The translations under genes were made by a program, and so were the position numbers. A DNA stretch of 64,000 nt from Candidatus Latescibacterota bacterium (lineage in GTDB: Bacteria > Latescibacterota > UBA2968 > GCA-2709665), in contig OZ244744.1 of assembly GCA_965219455.1 (NCBI GenBank), positions 736,001-800,000 on the forward strand, given 5' to 3'. The notes under the pieces were generated by a model. It did no database searches. It worked only from the letters and a program-made list of their open reading frames with translations, and had not been told where the DNA came from. This document shows positions 58,301 through 64,000 of the stretch, in pieces; the first letter of the stretch is position 1, and each line of letters begins with the position of its first letter.

Positions 58301-59369
58301 TACTTTCAAAACGCCGGTAGAGTTGGAAATCCGAGGCTACGACCTCGGCATTCTCGCCAGTCTGGGGCGGAACGTGGAACGCGCCCTTTCGGGAATTCCC
58401 GGGTTATACGATGTGAAATCCAGTCTCCAGCGTGGGAGTCCGGAAGTACAGATTGTCTACCGCCGGGACCTGCTGGCCTCCTATGGCCTCAATCTGCGAA
58501 GCGTAGCCACCCTGGTTCGAGAAAAAGTGCAGGGTGACGTGGTCACCCGGTTCCGGGAGGCCGACCGCCACATCGATGTTCTGGTTCGCGTAGACGAAGC
58601 CGATCGATCCGGCGTGTCCGATCTGAAACGCCTGGTGGTCAACCCCGACGGCGAGGCCCCCATCTACCTTTCCGCCGTCGCCGATATACAGGTACGGGAG
58701 GGCCCCAGCGAGATCCGGCGCATCGACCAGCAACGCGCGGTGCTGATATCGGCCAACGTCGCCGGTATCGATCTGGGAACCGCAACCGTACTGATCCAGC
58801 AGGCCCTGGAGGATATCGACATTCCTGCAGACGTATCCTTTGTCATCGGCGGCCAGAACCGGGAAATGCAGACCTCGATGCAAAGCCTGATCTTCGCTCT
58901 GTGTCTGGCAGTCTTTCTGGTTTACATCGTCATGGCCTCCCAGTTTGAATCCTTTGTCCATCCCTTTGTCATCATTTTCACGATTCCTCTGGCGCTGATC
59001 GGCGTTCTTCTCACCCTCTTTGTTACCGGTATCTCGTTCAGCGTCGTGGTTTTCCTGGGTCTGATCATGCTGGCCGGAATTGTCGTCAACAACGCCATCG
59101 TCTTTGTCGACTACATCAACCATCTGCGCGCCAACGGCCGATCCAAGGCCGACGCGATCGTACAGGCCGGCTCGGTGCGGCTGCGCCCGATCCTGATGAC
59201 AACCGCAACCACCGTACTGGGACTCTTGCCCATGGCTCTGGGTCTGGGCGAAGGCTCGGAGATCCGAACTCCCATGGCCATCACCGTGGTTGCCGGCCTC
59301 ATCAGTTCAACCGCGCTCACGCTTATTGTCATCCCAACCGTCTATTCGCTCCTGGATCGAGGGGATTGA
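55368..59369 (+). CDS. RND efflux permease (AcrB-like) with a large central hydrophobic insertion
   Basis: RPVA, GMLVDNSIVVLE, STLTTVAVFFP, QFES, GIVVNNAIV, RLRPILMT. Confidence 0.93.
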   Translation: MVDDSAGADSRNSLSRSRTQISRTFEITTRRPVAIFMVVLAIAVFGYISYQQLPLTLMPDISYPTLTIRTDYPDTAPEEVENLISRKIEQRLGVVNNLASIVSISRAGMSDVILEFGWGTDMNDAVQTVRENLDRLGLPRGVNKPLILRYDPTQDPIMRIGLYGDADLYALRLIAEEEVKQALEAMKGVAAARVHGGLEEEIRVEINERRLSLIGLGIGDINRRLREENVNLAGGSLLDGQTQYMVRTLNEFRTVDEIRDLVIGQKNGADIRLKDVSDIVRSHKDREIITRVNGVESVEIDIFKEADANIVATAQRVRDRLFGTREQLAYVKRLKAGEIKRAEATDRRAQVRQFVQLKEMTGFIAFSLPEGLRVEVLSDQSQFIKRSIDEVKQTAIIGGILAILVLYVFLRNPSHTGIVSLAIPISIVATFAPMKIFDVSLNIMSLGGMALGIGMLVDNSIVVLESIFRCREEGDDIVTAAVRGTGEVGGAVFASTLTTVAVFFPIVFVEGVAGQVFGDMSLTVVFSLVASLAVALFFIPMLASRQIRIAGSGSGRTGSSVGDMFNSELLQFKSLARLKKLAGDRSRTRLPALVLKALVYVPWLVMEFIWRTLWVLLAILTVILKAVCVVLAPILYFPVAALVLKIRKKPAHAWRDLCAWSKNPTPFGSGIAQAIWHDLLVFNAPVLLGEGLAGCVRWTWSAGRRTCKWPMRGRGLAIFLRVPAAFAGVLSLCLLLVLGPVYFVLRYIIFQTVSLSGKLLILLLMVTFPAGVTAVALLAAIAIPLLTPVIHVFEVGFGAINRVYPSVIRWALQNRLTIIVMAILPLFLCWYVLVPRIGRELIPAVHHGEFDLELSMPVGTPLERTEKTVADVESRILNETGVARIATIVGVDKTSISTSDQGEHTSRVTIVVSDETANGADDLDRLWQDVSTYPKRVWAGISGNTLLAKRESDLMTRLRDSLGDIPQVTVDFSRPALFTFKTPVELEIRGYDLGILASLGRNVERALSGIPGLYDVKSSLQRGSPEVQIVYRRDLLASYGLNLRSVATLVREKVQGDVVTRFREADRHIDVLVRVDEADRSGVSDLKRLVVNPDGEAPIYLSAVADIQVREGPSEIRRIDQQRAVLISANVAGIDLGTATVLIQQALEDIDIPADVSFVIGGQNREMQTSMQSLIFALCLAVFLVYIVMASQFESFVHPFVIIFTIPLALIGVLLTLFVTGISFSVVVFLGLIMLAGIVVNNAIVFVDYINHLRANGRSKADAIVQAGSVRLRPILMTTATTVLGLLPMALGLGEGSEIRTPMAITVVAGLISSTALTLIVIPTVYSLLDRGD

Positions 59370-59681
59370 CACGCCTGGGTCAGGATCTGGCGGGCGGCAT
59401 ACACGCGCGCATAAGGCGCCTCGATGCGCCTTATGCGAACCCACGGCGCGTTCCCGTCAATTCGGAACCTCCGCGGAAAATCAAGCTCTTCATTCTCGGA
59501 AGTTTTCGCTTTCCTTTTCTCCTGAATTCTGTTTTCTTTGTAATTCGTCATCCGCGACGGCAAGCAATTTACCGGTAACTTTTTCCGTTTTACGTTGTCT
59601 AAATGAATGACCGACATCCCGCCGGTCTGAAGCAAACCAATTGTTCCCGTTTTTCCAGGACATCGAAAGGGCTGTGAAGAG

Positions 59682-61079
59682 ATGAATTCAGGAGTGCCCT
59701 GTATGTCACGTATGCTGAGAACCGCGCTGCTGGTCACCACTGCCGCGGTCATTTCTTCGCCGGTCGCGGCCGAGGAAACGGCATCCAGAGAAATGCACCT
59801 CAGTCTCTCCGAATGCGTCGAAATCGCTCTGGGCAACAACCCTGCGATTACCCTATCCCGCTTCTCGCGGGAGGTCGCTGTCGCCCGGATCGACCAGAGT
59901 CGAAACGCCTTCCTTCCATCGCTGAGCAGCAACTACGGAATTTCGAGAAGTGTCACGGGCCCACGGGACGGGGCTATTTTCGATCAAACAACGCAGACAA
60001 TCATCACCACCCTGGGCGAAGACCGTGTGGGTGGGGCCCAATCGGTGGGGTCGAGTATGAGCCTTACTATTTTCAACGCTGCCAATCTTGCCAATCTATC
60101 GGCCAGCAAGAAGACTGCGCGGGCGGCGGAAATGGACCTGTCCGGCAGCCGCCACCAGACGGTTTTTGAGGTAAAACAACGTTATTTCATCCTTCTCCAG
60201 CAAATGGAGCAGCTGGAACTGGCGAAAGAGCAGGTCAGCGTTTCGGAAGAGACCCTCCGCCGCGAAAATACGCTGTATGAGATCGGCTCCTCCACCATTT
60301 CGTTCGTCTTCGGCGCCGAATCTCAGTTGGCTCGTTTTCGCGTTGAACTCATCGCCAGGGAAAACGACGTTGCCACTGCCCGCTCACTGCTGGCGTTTTC
60401 CCTCGGACTCAGTCCCGACGTTAACATCTATCCAACCGAGAAGACGTTTTCGGTTTTGCCCCCGCCCATCACCTACCAGGAGTCGTTGAGGCGGGCGCTA
60501 AAGGGGAATCCCGAGATCCTGGCGCAAAAACACAGAATGCTTGCCAGCAGGGACCAACTGAGAGCCACGAAATACAGCGTGCGTTTCCCGAGCATTTCCG
60601 GAAGCGCACGGTACGGCTGGCAGTTGAACCGGGGGGAGAGTTTTGCGGGCGTGGAAGATCTCTTTGTCAAGAACTACTCGTACAGCGCGAGCATCAACGT
60701 CAGCCTCCCGATTTTCAACAGATTGAATACCATAAACGAAATCAAGATCCAGAAATTGGAGTACCTGAGAAGCCGGGAGCAACACGACCAGGCGAAACGC
60801 CAGAGAGAGATGGACATCAAGCTGTCGTTCCTGAACCTCGAACGTCTTCGCCAGAGCATCGCCGCGAACGAAGCCGCCGTGAAGGCCGCCGAGGAAGTCT
60901 TCAGGCTTGAGGGCCAGCGTTACAACCTGGGCGGCGGCACTTTTCTCGAACGACAAACAGCTCAATTTCAACTATTTACGGCCCAAAATCAGCTTGTTCA
61001 GGCCAGGTTCCAATACCAGATTGAATTGGCCCAGTTGGAACAGCACGTAGGAGGACCCCTTGTTCAGACCGGGGAATGA
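59682..61079 (+). CDS. TolC-family outer membrane protein
   Basis: Signal peptide, LSLSECVEIALGNNP, FLPSLS, VSLPIFN, RYNLG. Confidence 0.9.
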   Translation: MNSGVPCMSRMLRTALLVTTAAVISSPVAAEETASREMHLSLSECVEIALGNNPAITLSRFSREVAVARIDQSRNAFLPSLSSNYGISRSVTGPRDGAIFDQTTQTIITTLGEDRVGGAQSVGSSMSLTIFNAANLANLSASKKTARAAEMDLSGSRHQTVFEVKQRYFILLQQMEQLELAKEQVSVSEETLRRENTLYEIGSSTISFVFGAESQLARFRVELIARENDVATARSLLAFSLGLSPDVNIYPTEKTFSVLPPPITYQESLRRALKGNPEILAQKHRMLASRDQLRATKYSVRFPSISGSARYGWQLNRGESFAGVEDLFVKNYSYSASINVSLPIFNRLNTINEIKIQKLEYLRSREQHDQAKRQREMDIKLSFLNLERLRQSIAANEAAVKAAEEVFRLEGQRYNLGGGTFLERQTAQFQLFTAQNQLVQARFQYQIELAQLEQHVGGPLVQTGE

Positions 61080-61121
61080 ACGGAACATCCGGTAAAGTTG
61101 ATTCGTATTGCGGAGGATTAT

Positions 61122-61586
61122 ATGGACAGTTGTAAACAGGCTTGTGCGCTCGCCATCGCCGTCGCCACACTTTTCGTCTCGGCGGTACCGTCGCAGGCGC
61201 AGGAGAAAACGAAGGACTTCCTCTACTCCAAGAAACTCTACGGAGCGCTGTCACTCGGGGCAAGCATCTGGTTCTTCAAGGAGGCGCACGACGCCAGGAA
61301 GGACGCGAACAACGCATACGAGAGGTACAGAACCACAACATCCTCCCAGACGGCTGGAGACCTTTACAACGAAAGCAAATCCGGCGACACCAAAGCGCTC
61401 GTCCTGATTGGCCTGGGTGCAGGTACCCTGGCGTACTCGGTCCATCTTTTTCTTTCGGATGAAGAAGAGGACCTGCCGCCCCCCGAAAAGAGAAACAACA
61501 TGGTCGAAATGAGAGGCATAGGCCTGGCCGTGAATGGAGACCTCAACGGCAGGGGCGTCCGATTGAACCTCAACAAAGCATTTTAG
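61122..61586 (+). CDS. Hypothetical secreted/membrane protein
   Basis: GGAGG RBS before ATG 61122; signal peptide plus two hydrophobic segments; C-terminal F. Confidence 0.7.
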   Translation: MDSCKQACALAIAVATLFVSAVPSQAQEKTKDFLYSKKLYGALSLGASIWFFKEAHDARKDANNAYERYRTTTSSQTAGDLYNESKSGDTKALVLIGLGAGTLAYSVHLFLSDEEEDLPPPEKRNNMVEMRGIGLAVNGDLNGRGVRLNLNKAF

Positions 61587-61808
61587 CAACGACCTCCGCT
61601 CTCACGCGCCCCCTTTCGAGACCTCCTTGTAGCGGAAAAGTGGGCCGCCGGACGGGGCCGCAGCAGATACCATGCGCAAGTCCTCTACTGTGAATAGCCG
61701 CTGCGATTCCTATCTCCCGTCCTCGCGCGATCTCGCTCCGCGTAGTCTAGTCCATCGTTCCAAGCATAAGCCCACCCGCCGAACGATCGCCGCTTTGAAT
61801 GGAACGGT

Positions 61809-62096
61809 ATGTTCGATTGGGATCCAGCCAAGGCAGCGAGCAATTTACGGAAGCACACGGTCAGCTTCGAACTCGCCGCCACGGTCTTCCGGGATCCGCT
61901 CTCGCAGTCAATTCCCGACGAGGATCACAGTGAGTTCGAGGAGCGCTGGATAACCATGGGTTGCGCTCAGGACGGTCGGCTGGTGGTGGTGTGTCATACT
62001 GATGCCGAGTCAGGCGACCGCGAGACATTGGTGCGGCTCATCTCGGCGCGCGTCGCCACCCCTAACGAACGTCGTCAATACGAGTCTGGCGAATGA
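61809..62096 (+). CDS. brnT: BrnT family toxin
   Basis: FDWDPAKAASNLRKHTVSFELA...ERWITMG...RLISARVATPNERRQY. Confidence 0.92.
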   Translation: MFDWDPAKAASNLRKHTVSFELAATVFRDPLSQSIPDEDHSEFEERWITMGCAQDGRLVVVCHTDAESGDRETLVRLISARVATPNERRQYESGE

Positions 62097-64000
62097 AGAC
62101 AGAATACGACTTTTCGAAAGGCGAGCGCGGTAGATTTTTCCGCGAGAATGCCAAGCTGAGCTTTTCCGCTTTCGACGAGAAACCGAATTGGATCGGCCTC
62201 ACAGGGCAGATCGCTAAGTTCATTGTCGAGGAGGCGGAAAGAACTCTCGAATCGTACCGCGCGCAGCCACGTCTAGTAACCGAGCATGCCAACCTCGAAC
62301 ACGATACCGCTCATGGTGGATATGCCCATCGGCAATTGTTCGAACTCGTTCAGAACAGCGCGGACGCCTTGCTCGACGCGCCAAAAGGCAGGAGCATCCT
62401 GATCCGCCTGACGAAACGCTTCCTCTACTGTGCCGACGATGGAAAATCTATCGACGAGGACGGAATCGTGGGTCTAATGTTCGACCGCATGTCGAGCAAA
62501 CGGAACACCCCCGCGATCGGAAGGTTCGGTAAGGGTTTCAAATCGGTCTTGAGAGTAACGGATGCTCCCGAGTTCTACAGCCGGTCTGGTTCGTTCTTGT
62601 TCAACAAAACGCGCTCGGCGAAACGAATAGCGGACGTCGCGCAAGCCGAAGGATACCCTGTGCTGCGTTTGCCCGAACCGATCGATCCCTACAATGAGAG
62701 TGATACCGACGCGGAAATGCAGGAACTGATGAGTTGGGCGACGAACATCGTCCGCCTGCCGCTAGAGCCCGGTGTGCATGACGACCTCGCCCAACAGATC
62801 AGAGACTTTCCGCCCGAATTTTTGCTTTTCGTCGATCATGTCCGTTATCTGACCCTTGAGGATGGGGAAGTTTCCCGGAGCTTCATCTTGCAGGATCGGC
62901 AGGGGGAGTTTCATCTCGATACCGGCGAAGGGACTTCGCGTTGGCGGCTTTTCAAAACAACCCATGCGCTTTCTTCCGAAGCACGGAGCGACTGGGGCTT
63001 GGACGAAGGCAGCGGCAACGTGCCGATCTCGTGGGCGGCACCGCTGGATCGATTGGATCGCCCCGGACATTTCTGGGCGTTCTTCCCGACCAAGACCGCA
63101 AGCCTCCTTGCCGGTATCCTGAATGCGCCATGGAAAACCAATGAAGATCGTCAAGATCTGCTGCCTGGACCGTATAACGACGAACTGATCGAAATGGCGG
63201 CACGGCTGATAGCCGACGAATTGCCAAGACTCGCGACTCAGTTAGACCCTGCTTGCCATTTGGACGCACTGCCTCGCAGACAAGAGTCTGGTGACTCGGA
63301 GCAGAGTGTTCTGCTTCGCAACCGTTTGTTTGCCCATCTGCGCAAACGAGAAATCGTACCCGATCAGAAAGGAAAGTTGCGCACCTAGGGGGAAATCTTA
63401 TATCCCCCCAGGAAATTGACCGACGCCTCGGACAAGGCGCCATTTATGCGCTGGTCAGCGTATCCGGGGCGACCATCGAATTGGCTGCACCATGAAGCCC
63501 TCACGCGCAACGGTCTCGCTAGCATCGACCGGTTGTTTCCCTCGCGTTGGCAGGGAGACTCAGCGACCGCACCCAGGGCCACAATCGCCGAATGGTTAAG
63601 TTCGCTCGTGAGAGACCGGAAGGCGGACGAAGCTGTCCAAGCTTCAATGGCAGCTATCCAGACGGCCGCGAACATTCCACCTGATATAAGGTCTCACGAA
63701 GTACTTGGCGACATCGTCCTGACGGCAAGCGGCCATTGGCGATCCCCCGACCCGGAACAGCTCTTTCTGCCTCACGAGTCGGAAAATGGCCACGAGTCCG
63801 TGAAACCGACGTTGTGTGTCCACCCGAAACTGGCGTCGGACCATAATACGCTCGCAGGGCTTAGGAAATTGGGCCTTAGACCGCCGTCCCCGGAAAGGAG
63901 ATTCCGCTGATCGGCGGCGGCGACCGCTGCCTGATCCTCAACGTTCGAGACAACATCGAGAACTTCGACCGGAAGCTTGCCTTCACCGAGTTGGATTGGC
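62093..64000 (+). pseudogene. BrnA-like N-terminus fused to a sacsin-like GHKL ATPase/helicase gene, decayed
   Basis: MKTEYDFSKGERGRFF start overlaps brnT (ATGA). GHKL motifs ELVQNSADA, DDG, GRFGKGFKSV. In-frame TAG at 63386, same frame continues to 63910, then another frame reads PLIGGGDRCLILNVRDNIENFDRKLAFTELDW. Confidence 0.75.

Noticed and set aside
59407-59438. REP-like hairpin GCATAAGGCGC-N6-GCGCCTTATGC
   Set aside because: Single copy in the window; could be an ordinary stabilising or terminating hairpin.
63386-63388. Pyrrolysine or programmed readthrough at TAG
   Set aside because: No pyl genes are seen, other genes here use TAG as stop, and the gene is also broken at 63910.
1-64000. 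CRISPR array, tRNA, rRNA, prophage structural genes
   Set aside because: No regularly spaced repeats, cloverleaf/T-loop signatures or virion genes were noticed by eye; a tRNAscan/CRISPR scan would be definitive.

Overview
Bacterial chromosomal window, moderately GC-rich. A C-terminal DFDGDGDVDFTDFL..FA.NFG tag remnant and many Gfo/Idh/MocA, enolase-superfamily and DUF3604 genes resemble Latescibacterota/Poribacteria-like genomes (inference only). Layout: (i) 1-5.4 kb accessory block with a WYL regulator followed by a perfect DriD-type palindrome (TATACGAC-N7-GTCGTATA) upstream of an ATPase with three AAA+ modules, plus deletion-scarred remnants; (ii) 5.5-12 kb dksA, nth, an SDR, a SWIM gene with a diverged duplicate of its 3' end and a MITE; (iii) about 12-31.8 kb defence island, nearly all on the minus strand: Swt1-like HEPN-DGQHR fusion plus a paralogous DGQHR gene bracketed by identical palindromes, a PD-(D/E)xK nuclease split by an IS1380 element (CTAA target duplication), a type IIG-like adenine methyltransferase, Shedu, a PLD-SNF2 helicase, an HTH-ImmA protease and two small cassette-like genes; (iv) 32-61.6 kb housekeeping/catabolic genes (non-canonical polX, peptidases, oxidoreductases, rarA, ggt, apbC/mrp, RND efflux); (v) 61.8-64 kb brnT overlapping a gene in which a BrnA-like N-terminus is fused to a sacsin-like GHKL ATPase, now decayed. 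Best candidates for an undescribed system: the HEPN-DGQHR/DGQHR pair and the WYL-operator-triple-AAA module. All family calls come from motif recognition by eye; no database searches were run. No tRNA, rRNA or CRISPR array was seen.
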